A DNA stretch of 58,179 bases, the filler included, from Nemertoderma westbladi (Eukaryota > Animalia > Xenacoelomorpha), in the NCBI GenBank assembly GCA_032718475.1. It is 2 parts of 2 records of this genome, joined end to end, with 100 filler letters (N's around TTAATTAATTAA, not from the genome) between each part and the next. Parts side by side here need not be neighbours in the genome. Positions count along the whole stretch, not along the records: positions 1 to 26,868 come from JAUCBJ010001815.1; 1 more part is not named here. One strand, written 5' to 3'. Below are positions 1 to 12,345 of the stretch, piece after piece. The position numbers and the translations under genes are program-made. The notes beneath the pieces were generated by a model that saw only the letters and a program-made list of their open reading frames with translations, did no database searches and was not told the DNA's origin. Numbering within the stretch: the stretch's first letter is position 1; the number at the start of each line of letters is the position of its first letter.

Positions 1-1076
1 TAAACCTACTAGTGTACGACTAAAAAGCAGTACAGCACAAAATACTTCCAAGCCGTTCTTTCTTTGGCTCAGGACTGAATGTAAACACTGCACATAGGCA
101 TTGCGTCATTTCTCGGAAATTTTCTGTACAAGGAGCCACAAAAACGCTCTCATTGGCTGACTGAACTGAGAGACGCCGTAGAACAAAGGAAATCAACACG
201 TATGAATGTCAGCTGTTACCCTGCAAACAATTTAACGTTCAAATGGCGTTGAAAAACGAAAAATTTATAACAAATAAACGCTAGAATCTGACGTTAGTAA
301 AAGTAGATCGAACGTTCGTTTGGCCGCTTTTGTGACGTTAAAATTGCCCCCAAATCAACGTTGAATTTTACGTCAAATATATATATTCCATCGTTATCTT
401 TAACCGTTGAATTTGCAGTATATTAATCGTTAAACCAACTTCAGTTAATCAACAAAACTAACGTTAGATATCCATATTCCAACGTTTATTTAATCAGGGA
501 TTTTCAGTTTTTCAGGCCACTAGGTAAATTTCACGTTACCTTACGTTGTACATTGCACATTATAATTATCTCATCAGCATTATTAATACAACATATAGGC
601 CTATAATATGTTATGCGAATTATAAATGAATGGAAACTTGATGTTTGAAACTGGAAACTTATTCATTTATTTATTTACATTATAAATGAAATTATTACAA
701 AATAATCAGATAGTTAGTTGACAGCACAGATACAGTCTATAGTTCGCATTGGCAAAAATAAGTCTTACTGAAACAAATTACAAGTCCACATCCGCATCGT
801 CACCATCATCGTCCTCATTATCGCTAATTGTCGATCCCGCGTCGTCTTTGCTGCATCGTTCTTTCGGTATTCCGCGAGCCACACTAAAAAAACAAAATAA
901 TTAATTAATCAACTAATTTACTGTAAACGAATTCCTGTATAATAATAATGTAATAACGTAAGTAAGTACTGTATGTATATTGTATGTACTCAGCACCGCA
1001 AATTTATTAATTACTTGCAATTTAATGCAATGGCGATAAACAGTTTCAGAGCGTAATATTGTAGCAGAATGGATGC

Positions 1077-1982
1077 CATAATGTAGGCCTACAGTACTAA
1101 CCCAATCCTAACACATCTCAACCCTGCAGACTAGATGCCATAATGTAGACCTACAGTACTAACCCAATCCCCCATAATGTAGACCTACAGTACTAACCCA
1201 ATCCCCCATAATGTAGGCCTACAGTACTAACCCAATCCCCCATAATGTAGACCTACAGTACTAACCCAATCCCCCATAATGTAGGCCTACAGTACTAACC
1301 CAATCCCCCATAATGTAGGCCTACAGTACTAACCCAATCCCCCATAATGTAGGCCTACAGTACTAACCCAATCCTAACACATCTCAACCCTGCAGACTAG
1401 ATGCCATAATGTAGACCTACAGTACTAACCCAATCCCCCATAATGTAGACCTACAGTACTAACCCAATCCCCCATAATGTAGACCTACAGTACTAACCCA
1501 ATCCCCATAATGTAGGCCTACAGTACTAACCCGATCCCCCATAATGTAGGCCTACAGTACTAACCCGATCCCCCATAATGTAGGCCTACAGTACTAACCC
1601 GATCCCCCATAATGTAGGCCTACAGTACTAACCAAATCCCCCATAATGTAGGCCTACAGTACTAACCCAATCCCCCATAATGTAGACCTACAGTACTAAC
1701 CCAATCCCCCATAATGTAGGCCTACAGTACTAACCAAATCCCCCATAATGTAGGCCTACAGAACTAACCAAATCCCCCATAATGTAGGCCTACAGTACTA
1801 ACCAAATCCCCCATAATGCAGGCCTACAGTACTAACCCGATCCCCCATAATGTAGGCCTACAGTACTAACCCAATCCCCGGTAATGTAGACCTACAGTAC
1901 TAACCCAATCCCCCATAATGTAGGCCTACAGTACTAACCCAATCCCCCATAATGTAGGCCTACAGTACTAACCCAATCCCCA
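1077..1982. repeat. 34-bp minisatellite (ATAATGTAGGCCTACAGTACTAACCCAATCCCCC), ~25 copies
   Basis: Visible tandem array with two longer variant units. Confidence 0.95.
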
Positions 1983-2374
1983 ATTCATTGGAAAGTAGAG
2001 AGATGCTACGTGGTTCTAGTTGTCCAATATTCAGTATTGAATTTGATTCACACTGCAAGTATTCATCACTTGGTAATTGCGAAAACTCAAGATCCTGTTG
2101 CACCAACGGCGGTGCAAGCGATGTTACATAACGATACTCAGGAATTGCAGGAATGTTTCTGAAACCAATAACAGTAAATTCGGATGCTCGTGTCATATAT
2201 AAAGTTTACATTAAAATTATTTTATTCCAAAATTGTAACATTACACATTACATTACACATTAAACATTACACAACGCCGTTAGTATTAACATCGAGTTGT
2301 TATTTAGCACTTTACAACTTTAGAGGACATTACAGCATTGTATTGGCCTGTACATTTAGTATTGTATTTGGTGT

Positions 2375-2464
2375 TATTGTTTACGTGGTAACCCATGACG
2401 GCGTTAAGTAATGTCCACTAAGGGGACATTACTTAACGCCGTCATGGATACCACGTAAACAATA
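2375..2464. repeat. Near-perfect ~42-bp-arm palindrome (hairpin/MITE-like)
   Basis: TATTGTTTACGTGGTA..CATGACGGCGTTAAGTAATGTCC and its reverse complement around a 7-nt loop. Confidence 0.85.
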
Positions 2465-2920
2465 GGTGGTATTTCCCTGGCAGCCAGATAGGCGTAACGC
2501 ATTACCTACCGGTAGGCGGGGTATAGCTATTAATAACCAGTAGGGCCTAGCTATATTATTATAACATGGCTCCAAACGCCGCGATAAATATAAGCTAACT
2601 TATTTATAACATAATTTATGTCATTTTTACATTTATTTATACAGCACCTAATATAATTTGTGCGGTTTCTATCACTTATAATGTATTTGTACAATCATTT
2701 CGTAATGTTAAAATTTTGTAATAAAACTACATACATACTTGTTGCAAAGTACTTTACAGTGTTCTGATTCTCGTGGCTTTATTTTCACTCATTCACTAAC
2801 GTTCGTTCGTGTAACAAAGCCACTGGATCATCACACTCACTGTAAAGTGCTACTTTACACACAAGTATGTAAATAGTTATTACATAATAATTCTAATGTA
2901 CTGTACTAATTATTGGTAAT

Positions 2921-3152
2921 TGTTAGAGTAACCAATATGTAATTTAATCAGATTAATTATATTGATTAATTATAATATACAACTGATTAGTCAGCTGTGC
3001 AGTAGGAGATAATTGTATGTTACACAGCTGTGCAGTTAAAGGTTGAAGGACAGAATGCATAACGATGAAGAAGAATTAATTAATATATGAACTATAGTAA
3101 ACTACAGAAATTGTTTTCTGATCCTGTGAGTAATCCTCACATTTGGTGACCC
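2921..3152 (+). repeat. 5' LTR and tRNA-Trp-type PBS of Gypsy element 1
   Basis: LTR ends ..CCTCACA at 3141, followed by TTTGGTGACCCAG. The LTR start (TGTTAG at 2921) is uncertain because no second LTR survives. Confidence 0.6.
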
Positions 3153-3198
3153 AGCGATTTCTTTCTTTTTTTTTAAATAAATTAGTTGCTATTGTCCA

Positions 3199-5910
3199 AT
3201 GTCTTTCACTGCTTACCGTAAGGCTGATCTGGCTGAAGTCCTCCAGCAACTGAACAGTTCAGATCCCAACTACTCGCTACCCGACAAGAAAGCCGACATG
3301 ATCGATGAACTCAGCAAAGAGAATCCTGTCGCAATTAAGATTCTTCTGTCGCATATACAGAAGAGTCAAACGGTTCTACAGCCATCAGTACCTCATCCGC
3401 AAACACCACATTCGTATCCACAAAAGGTAAAACTACCCGAATTCTATGAGAAAGACGCTAGAGTATGGTTCCAACAAGTGGAAGCCGTGCTTGAAGGACA
3501 CCCAGCTGCAGCAATGAGATCCAATTTGTTGGCTGCTTTGCCAACAGAAACAATATTTGATGCTGGAGTCAACCTCAGTGATACTTTCGAGACGATTAAA
3601 GATAATATAATAAATCATTTGGCTGACAGCGACAACAAACGCCTGCGTAAATTACTTGCAGCTCAAGAGCTTGGTGACAGAAAGCCTTCAGCAGCCCTGC
3701 GGCAAATGCTGCGCCTAGCACCAGCAAATGAACAAATCGTACGTTTGCGTTTTCTAGAAATCTTACCATCCTCGGTTAGTATAGTTCTAACAACTTTGAG
3801 TGGTCTTTCACTGGAACAAATGGGTGATGTTGCTGATAAAATGATTGAGCAACAGGATTCCCAATCGTCAACTAGTTTATCCGCACCAATCCATCATCAG
3901 ACTGAAATCAACATGCTCCAGGAGTCGCAAAAGATCCTTGTCCAATCTCAGAAGTCACTCGCTGATCAAATTTCGCAGATAAACACGCAACTAAGAGACC
4001 TCTCAACACGCCGAGATGGAGATCGTTCCCGTTCTCGATACAACTCATCACGCTCTGGTTCTCGTTCAGCAACACCTCATCGTCAGCGCTCACATTCTCG
4101 CTCCCAATCTCGAGAATACAACCCAAATGGAGCCTGGTGTTACTACCATTACACTTATGGCAGAGAAGCATCCACGTGTCGACCGCCCTGTTCATGGCGC
4201 AATCTAACAAACCGACGTTGTGGAAATCCAGGTAACTCTGACAGTAATAATGAAAACAATAATACCGGTGGTAGTGATATTTGTAATATTCACGTAGAAG
4301 CTTTACCGGTAGGAGAATTTCTAATTGATTCTGGCAGTGGTTATTCTATATTACCCCAGAAATTCCAATCCCTTCTGAAAAATAAATCCCAGAATAATGT
4401 CCTGTTGAAAGCAGCTAATTATTCTGAAATACGAAATTATGGGAGCGGAATACTTGAATTTTATATTCCAACCCTTAGAAAGGAACCATTTACTTGGAAT
4501 TTTATAGTGGCAGACGTAACACAACCCATTCTTGGAATTGATTTTCTCCGACACAATAATATCAATATTGATTGTGCGAGTAAACAAATTTATTTCAAAA
4601 CTCCAATGAATATGTCGATTCAAAACGAAAACAATAAACCCAATAAAAATCAAGAACAACCCTCAAAAATCAGCAACCAGAATCAATCCAACTTTATCTA
4701 CAGTACGACTTCTAACATGACCAGAACCCCACATATATTTTCAGTAACTGGTGGCAGGAATTATCGTTTAAAGCTAATAGTGATGATTTTAATGATTCTC
4801 TCTATTTTTTACCCTTTAGCATATTGTGTTAGCAAGTTACCGTTATCCATATTTGCCTTACCTTTCTTCTTTATATTTGGTACTGGTGCGATATTAGGTT
4901 TAACATTGGATTGTTTTACAATTGGTGATGAACTATTTGGTTATGCAGGACCGCCCAAAGTAGACATTAGTAGTAAATCGTCTGATTTTTGGTTTCCAAT
5001 TTCAACTGTTTCAAGTAAGGAAATTAATAAGGAAATTTCAAGAGTTAACTTTATCAATTCAAATACCAAAACAAGGTTAAATAAATTGTTAAATAAGTAT
5101 GATACTGTTTTCTCTCTGAGATGGAAAAACGAACCAGTAAAACATAATATAGAACACCATATAATCACTAGCGGACCTCCGTGTTTTTCTAGACCGCGTA
5201 GATTATTTGGTGAAAAATTAACCGCCGCAACTTCCGATTTTAATAATTTAGTTAAAAATAGCATTGCAGAACGCAGCGATTCGCTATGGTGTTCTCCGTT
5301 GCACATGGTACCAAAATCTGATGGTACTTGGAGAAATTGTGGTGATTATTGTCGCTTAAATCGGCAAACTGTTTATGACTGCTATCCTATGCCAAACATA
5401 GCAGACATAAGCAATAACTTTAGGGGCTGCACCGTCTTTACAAAAATAGATCTCGAAAAATCTTTTTACCAAATTCCTATGGCGGATAATGACGTAAAAA
5501 AAACTGCTATTACTACAACTTTTGGTATGTTTTGTTTTAAAAGAATGCCTTTTGGTCTCAAAAACGCAAGCCAAACCTTTCAACGATTAATAGATACTGC
5601 TCTTTCAGGTTTACCTTTTGCTGTGGGTTACATTGACGATATATTAATCGCAAGCCCAAACGAAGAACAACATTTTAAGGACCTGGAGGCAGTACTAAAA
5701 CGATTTGAGAGTTACGGTTTGAAAGCCAAAATATCAAAGTGTTCATATTTTCAAACTGAAGTGCAATTTTTAGGTTACGTGATATCTAAAAATGGCGTTT
5801 CTCCAAATCCATCCAAAATTCAAGCGATAAAAGAAGTACCACAACCTAAATCTATTTCTTCATTGCGTCGATTTTTAGGAATGTGTGGATTTTACAATAA
5901 TAAGATATAA
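3199..5910 (+). CDS. 3'-truncated Ty3/Gypsy (CsRn1-clade-like) Gag-PR-RT polyprotein
   Basis: LPEFY..WFQQVE and LGDRKPS Gag motifs, CHCC knuckle WCYYHYTYGREASTCRPPC, protease FLIDSG, RT MPFGLKNA/YIDD. Homology stops at FLGMCGFY (~5895); no RNase H, integrase or 3' LTR. Confidence 0.92.
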   Translation: MSFTAYRKADLAEVLQQLNSSDPNYSLPDKKADMIDELSKENPVAIKILLSHIQKSQTVLQPSVPHPQTPHSYPQKVKLPEFYEKDARVWFQQVEAVLEGHPAAAMRSNLLAALPTETIFDAGVNLSDTFETIKDNIINHLADSDNKRLRKLLAAQELGDRKPSAALRQMLRLAPANEQIVRLRFLEILPSSVSIVLTTLSGLSLEQMGDVADKMIEQQDSQSSTSLSAPIHHQTEINMLQESQKILVQSQKSLADQISQINTQLRDLSTRRDGDRSRSRYNSSRSGSRSATPHRQRSHSRSQSREYNPNGAWCYYHYTYGREASTCRPPCSWRNLTNRRCGNPGNSDSNNENNNTGGSDICNIHVEALPVGEFLIDSGSGYSILPQKFQSLLKNKSQNNVLLKAANYSEIRNYGSGILEFYIPTLRKEPFTWNFIVADVTQPILGIDFLRHNNINIDCASKQIYFKTPMNMSIQNENNKPNKNQEQPSKISNQNQSNFIYSTTSNMTRTPHIFSVTGGRNYRLKLIVMILMILSIFYPLAYCVSKLPLSIFALPFFFIFGTGAILGLTLDCFTIGDELFGYAGPPKVDISSKSSDFWFPISTVSSKEINKEISRVNFINSNTKTRLNKLLNKYDTVFSLRWKNEPVKHNIEHHIITSGPPCFSRPRRLFGEKLTAATSDFNNLVKNSIAERSDSLWCSPLHMVPKSDGTWRNCGDYCRLNRQTVYDCYPMPNIADISNNFRGCTVFTKIDLEKSFYQIPMADNDVKKTAITTTFGMFCFKRMPFGLKNASQTFQRLIDTALSGLPFAVGYIDDILIASPNEEQHFKDLEAVLKRFESYGLKAKISKCSYFQTEVQFLGYVISKNGVSPNPSKIQAIKEVPQPKSISSLRRFLGMCGFYNNKI

Positions 5911-7464
5911 ATTTTACCTGCTGCTGCTAGTGCACTGAATGTCCTGTCGAACTCCAGCTGTTTCTTCATCCATAGTATCACTCTCATTTCCAACCGCAAC
6001 CCGTTTCTTTCCTCTGAATCGTGTTGCGATACCAATGGAATAATACCCATCTTGATCGCTAGCACTTGCAATGTCCGAACCCTCACAGACAACGCGCTCC
6101 TCTATTGCCTTAGCTGCCAATAGATCATCTGAAAAATATTATTAACATTGAAATATAGTCTACAGTACTGTAATAATTATTATTTGATTTAATAATTATT
6201 AGATTGTTAGATATTCATATACGATGATCCTATCTAATTATCAGTATACTACCGTTAAAATACCTTTGATGAGTTTCGAATAAATGTGCGAGGCCAAGAT
6301 CCCCATTGCCCAACTGCAGTGTCACCAGCACGTAACGAGTGTTTATGGGATATGCTGATGTAAGTCCATCGGCCGACAACCATCCACTACATATTGTTGC
6401 AACTTCCTCAACGCCATCCGGGCCCGTGAAGATGACAACACAATAAGCCATATGTACAGAATATATACAGAATATCGTATATAAACAGAATATCGAAATA
6501 TTACAGTTAGTTCAGGTTTACCAATAAGACAGCAATTTAATTAATGTATAACAAAAATTTAAGGAAATAAAAAAAACAATAAAACTGTTCATGCAATAAT
6601 ATCCATCACAGTTCAGTACCTACTTGTATTGCAAGCATATATGTTCTTTAGGTAAGTAGATGCATTTACTAATAATGTGAATAATAATAATAGTGTGAAT
6701 ATAGTAAACATTATACTGTAATACGCAACTTTACTCAAATCCTATAATATAATAATACACAATGAGATGGCAGTGTGAGTCAGAATAATACTGACAAATA
6801 TAGTGTAAGTAACCAATCAGAAGCAATATATTATAACACCATAGGCAGGTATTGTGTTATTGGGCAGTGTGTCTACTGTAATATCCATCCACCCACATGA
6901 GAATGTATCATGGCGTCTGTCTGGCACATTGTAGAACTACAATATGAACGTTATTTCGCTTAAAAATAACGTTGAAAATTAACGTTTATAATTAAACTCG
7001 GAATTAACGTTGCTATCGAACGTCATCACACATTGAGAGATCGATGAAAATTAACGTTCGAATTTTACACTGAATTAACGATTATGATTGGTTTATTTTA
7101 AACATGTAATTTTTCTAGCATAGTGGAACGTTAATCAAACGTTGAACAATATGTTATTTATTCATGTGATTTTCCAACTTAATCCACACCTATATTAACG
7201 TAAATTTAACGTACCATGTTTGCAGGGTAACCGTAGTCATAGTAACTACTGTTCAAGAGTAGCTATCACCCCTTTGCGTCACGAATTGCCATAGAATCAC
7301 AAAATATGCCTTTCACAGTACACATACGGAGGAAATAGGTCTTAGATCCTCTAAAAACACCGATACAGCAATAATACGGTCTCTTACACTTATTAAATCA
7401 ACTACAGAGTATTTTAATGTAAAAGATAATAAAAATAACGGGGCAATTCAGCAAAGGCTTTTAC

Positions 7465-7616
7465 ACCGGGTAGTGTACAAATTTAGGAATCGCGTAATTT
7501 TTCTTGAAATTAATATCTCATATCAGTAAGGTCGAAACGCGTACGTGGTTTGGAGAGATATGAGATATTAATTTCAAGAAAAATTACGCGATTCCTAAAT
7601 TTGTACACTACCCGGT
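7465..7616. repeat. Perfect 60-bp inverted repeat with 32-nt loop
   Basis: Arms 7465-7524 and 7557-7616 are exact reverse complements. Confidence 0.95.
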
Positions 7617-10600
7617 TAAAAAAAGTACGCATGTGATGGGATTAGTCCTACAATTGCGCCAATAAAAGATAAGTTATTTTCGGTAAAATAAACTTATCAT
7701 TCGAGGTTAAGACCCCTAGATCCCTTCCTATAATAAATGTATAATAACAAACACCTCGAAAAATACAGCTTGCCAACACATTCTTACTATCAAGGTCTTT
7801 TATGGAATTCAATTTGTTGCATTCAAGCGCGTGTAGAAGAGTGCACTACAGTACAGTATGGTGTAGAAGAGTTCACTACAGTACAGTATGGTTCCCACAG
7901 AGTACACAAACACTATTCATTCATGTTATTACATTTAGGTTCATTGCAGAGTTTATGGTGAAACTCTTGGCAGCTGAGTCGGATAGTTTGAATCCTTCCA
8001 ATTTCGTTGTGTCATGATAGGCGATAAAAAGAACTCGTATTCCCAGATAGGCGGGGGGGGGGGGGGGGGGGGGGGGGGGCTTTCGATTGTAAAATTTACG
8101 TAATTTAATATAATTTAACGTGGGGTTTACGCAAGTAAAACGACGTTTGCCCGGCGTTCGTTTAGTTATACTGCACAGCTGTTTGGAACGCACTGCCCTG
8201 TAACCTGCGAGATCCCGGATTAACTCTAGATATTTTTAAAACGAGACTCAACGAGACTTATTTAATGAACATTTCAATACTTAGAATATAATTTTTAATC
8301 ACAATCAACCATTTTTTCGAATTTTTTAGGTAATGAAGAACTCACATTTTTACATTTTTTACTGTATGTATGTTTTAAATATCAAAACAATTTTTAAAAG
8401 CTTGGCATATTTTCTACAAACTAGATTTCGTAAATCATTTTTTAACATCATCTCGGCATATGGCTTCTTTATTTAACATTAGTAAGTTGAATTTTATTCG
8501 TTGTATGATGGCCAAATTGGTGAAAAATTATTTTATCACGTTTTTATCATATTGTATTTTTTAACCTGTGTATCATAAGTTTGTAGGCTAATTTGTAATT
8601 AGTGTGTTTTATAAATAAGTAATTTTTGTATTTTTACTTAAATATGTGCAGAACAATTAATGTGTGTACGGTGCCCTCTGCCCTCTCAGCCTCTGCATGA
8701 CAGCATGACAGATGTTAGAAGGGGGCACCTTAATAAGCCAATATTACTATTATTATATTAAAACTATCTGTATAAGAATCCCCGACCAGGCAGATCTATA
8801 TGTGTGATCTACCAATCAACGATTCCCGGGTCGAGATCTCCACAAAGAATATAATTTACCGCTATAGCGGGTCCTTATCTGATCTACTTAACAGCCTCCC
8901 CAGAATGTGTATTTTCTAGGATAATCTATTGAAAATTGCGAGTTCAATAAAAATTTCAGGTTTTTATAGAAAACTTTTCCCATATGAACAGCAATTGCTG
9001 AATATGTAGGAGAGGGTTGGGACATTTGGCATGTTTTTGTCTAAAACGCTCATACTGTATCTTCCAATTTGTTTACTCATTTGTTTAATATGAGTTCTCA
9101 TTTTGTCCAGAATTTAATGGGCTATCTTTCAGTCATAGTTTGTATTTATTTTAAACAGATTTCGAATTGTTAGGGTCCATTTTGTCGATGGAGGTCAAAC
9201 AGGCCAAATTCTCCCAATACGTGGGGACATTTGGCAGAGAGGACAGGGATATTTGGCATTCTTTTTTAAACGCCCTGTTCTATATGCATTTACAGCCTAA
9301 TTTGCAAATATTTATCATATATCTGGTATAGTAACTATCAGCTGACAAGCTCCATTTACTTATTCTGTTAATCTTCTCTAAGTTTAACTTCAAGATTTAC
9401 TTTTCGCGTTATTCAAGGAATTCCCCGGGCCGATGATGGTTCCTTTCCGTTGTTGTTTGCTGGATGGTAGGGGTGGTATGTGGGGAGTATTCAAGGGGTG
9501 GTATAGGGGGAGTGGTCAGGTCATGTTCAACTGGATTCTTACTAAATTCGTAGCATAGAATAAATAATTTAGGATGGGGGGGGGGGGGGGGTTGGGGGCT
9601 GTTCACCTAGATTCTTAATAAATTCGTAGCATAGAATAACGAATTTAGTACGTGTTTGTTATGTTTTTAATTACACTAAAGATTATTAATTAAAATAAAG
9701 TTGCCTATCAAGAAATAAATAGTTTTAAAATATAAAATGGATGAATACGAATTATCTAATATGGCTGTCGAATACAGAGAATATATTAATAGATTTTTTA
9801 GAATTGAAAATTATAGGGAATAGGGATAGTTAAAAGTGTATCATGGTTGTTCTAATCTATTTGTATTATCCTCTATATAACCAACCATTTCTAGTATTGA
9901 TTCATACAGCATGTCTAATGTTCTAAGTCTAGAGAGTGAAATGTACAGTAATGCAAGGTAAGTACAGTAGGCAGATGATACGGAAGCCCATAGTATCAAA
10001 CAGTAGTGGAATAATGCTCACTAATGCGGACTTGGACTATAGGGGCTGTTGCGCTGTCAGTCAGAGAGGTAACGGCCCATGGGGTAAGGATTTACCCATG
10101 GGGCGCTAACTATCAGATAGTTTGATACCAACTGTCAGACAGTCTTTTTCAACTATCAGATAGATGATCGCCCAGTTACAAGTTGCTCTTGCCCGATAGT
10201 TAAACCCCGAGCAGCCGAGTGTTGTTGACGGAGTCTGTTACTTCCGAAATCGTTGGTCGTGGTGCCGGTGCCGGAATTCTGGCTTTGATTAATAACACTG
10301 AACTGCTGAACGATGGCGGAATCTACGAAACCCGGCCGGATTCCTAATCCATAATCCGAGGAGGCGACGGAGTCAATTAAACGGAAACAATGAAACGATC
10401 GCGATGGACAATGGACTGATTGAGTCTATTCAATGTATCCAGAACGATACGATGGCGGCGGAGTCTATTACAGTATTAAACACGCAACCAAAGCGATCAG
10501 ACGATGGCGAAGTAATCTACAAAACAGAGAACGACAGGAAGGCGATGGAGTTTATTAAACCCAGTAAGATGGTGCATAGCGAAGCGATCGAGACGGATAA

Positions 10601-11541
10601 CGGAGACTATTACAGTATTAAACCTGGAACGAAGACGGCGGAATCTATAGGCCTAAACCTGGAAGAATGCGAACAAGGCCACTCTGAAGTTAGACAAGAC
10701 TGGTTTGTGAGATTAACTTGCCAATACTAACTCAATACAATTTGCTTTCTTCGAATTCCTAATAATATATTTTAATCTTAATAATAATTATTCAACATCA
10801 ATTATTTTATAAGTCTTGTCAATGTATAAGATTGCTAATGACTAAAGAGCTAACTTTAGGAAAATCTGCCTTATATTTTTAGAATTATTATAATTAATTT
10901 TGTTATGTTTATAATGAATTGTATCTTTTGACAGACTACTTGATGTGCGACCGTGATAATAAAATTAAATGGTGCCGAAATATTTTCACTTATTGCAGTA
11001 GGGGGGGGGGGGGGGGGGGGCAATCAATATTCTTCCCTCTCCATGTGAAAATCGACGCAAATAACAGCTTGTTTACTACTAAAATAAAACTGCATCATGT
11101 TCTATGGGAAAAAACATTATAGGGGAAACTTTAGCAAGTTGTGTTTATTTGAGCCGATAGACAAGATTACATGTTTACCAAGTTTGGTATAATTTAGTCA
11201 AAGATTGAATGAGTTACGATTTTAAATTATCAGTGTAGGGTGAAGGCGGCGGGCCAGGATTCAGTTATACTTGAATAAAGAATAGTGATTAAACCAAGGG
11301 ATACGCGATATATGACACTGCTGTTTAAGTTCATTGAATGACTGTTGATTTCGAAACATTTAATTCAAAACTATATAAAATGTTAATATAATGTTGGATT
11401 TTTTTTTTTTAATAATTAACAGATGAATTACATTTCATTAATTTATTTTTTTATCTAATCACATTATTAAATAACGAAGCACAGAAGTAATACTAAGATT
11501 GAATATTGAATTGAAGGTACAGTACCGAATTGAATATTTGA

Positions 11542-11734
11542 ATGGGAGAATCTTTTAGGCTCGTTAAGCCAAGGAATGCCTGTTCACCACCATGGGTGAT
11601 CTTCCACAGTAAACCCGTCCACTCTGTTTCCCAAGTTGCCTTGGTTCCCAATCGACCACTGAAGGATGAAAGCCAGGGTTGGGCTAGGCTGCAGCACCGT
11701 GCCCAAACAGTACTGCCCCATCTAGGGATCGAAC
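11542..11734 (-). mobile_element. 5'-truncated tRNA-derived SINE
   Basis: B-box GTTCGATCCC at the 5' end on the minus strand. 13-bp TSD ATTGAATATTTGA (11529-11541, 11735-11747). Absent from copy B. Confidence 0.75.
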
Positions 11735-11749
11735 ATTGAATATTTGAGA

Positions 11750-12160
11750 TTGCATAAGATAGAGTATTGAATATTGAATATCTTCGGCCGTCATCCCGTT
11801 GGTGACTCCATTGGCAACCATTTCGACAGTTTCGATTGGTTTCGGCTCTTCAGTCCCCGACTAGACCGATGGTCGGCGTGGTTGCTGTCCCCATGACTGA
11901 GGCTGCATTACCAACCAAAATTGCCATCTCCAGGTGCTGGAGCAGAAACTGGTGTAACCGCGGTTCGTGGGTGGCACTGTGGAGACGAGCCCCGATCTCC
12001 CCGAGGAAGGTGGGTGGATGTCTCAAAGGCCACGGGGTGAAAGAAATGGCCCCGGTCCATTAGGTCGCGATACTTAAGAGTTTTTAATGCGCTCCGCCCC
12101 CTCATCTGAGTGCCCCCCGGCAATGATGGTTTGTTGAAGGTGGCTGGGGGCCAGTGGATC
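11750..12160 (-). pseudogene. 3' fragment of a CRE-like non-LTR retrotransposon (restriction-like endonuclease C-terminus)
   Basis: Frameshifted translation DPLAPSH..AE..K..KYRDL..FHPVAFET..FLLQHLEMAILVGNAASVMGT matches the CRE C-terminal pattern, followed by a TATTCAA-repeat tail. Confidence 0.65.
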
Positions 12161-12345
12161 TAGTAATAATTAACGCAAAGATATGATTAGGTAAACCTAC
12201 GTGATATTAGTTTCTCAAACCAAACCTATCCATCCATTGACGTCCAAATATATCCAATTTCTCAATCCATACTAATCCGTATGTAATAATGTACACTGTA
12301 ATGCAATAATGTCAATGTCCAACCAAACAATGCGTTGAGTGTTAT

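Larger units (their letters stand above)
778..6451 (-). pseudogene. Degenerate spliced accessory gene of the CACTA-like element; putative exons ~6451-6264, 6128-5918, ~2196-1975, 883-778
   Basis: N-terminus MAYCVVIFTGPDGVEEVATICSGWL..AYP resembles EnSpm-associated accessory proteins. GT/AG sites at 6263, 6129, 5917 and 884. Last exon reads ..SDNEDDDGDDADVDL*. Exon 1/2 phases do not join cleanly, implying decay. Confidence 0.4.
219..7227. mobile_element. Non-autonomous CACTA/EnSpm (CMC)-like DNA transposon
   Basis: 11-bp TIR CCCTGCAAACA (219) / TGTTTGCAGGG (7217-7227), TA on both flanks, and dense AACGTT-type subterminal repeats at ~230-550 and ~6945-7215. CCC ends with a 2-bp TSD and subterminal repeats are typical of animal EnSpm elements. 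No transposase seen. Confidence 0.7.

Noticed and set aside
10404-10730. 108-aa ORF in TIR copy A as a possible transposase remnant
   Set aside because: It has no DDE or Zn-finger motifs and lies in degenerate subterminal repeats.
11825-11860. CTGAAGA-GCC-GAAAC hammerhead-like motif on the minus strand
   Set aside because: There is no stem II or convincing stems I/III, and copy B reads CTGAAAA.
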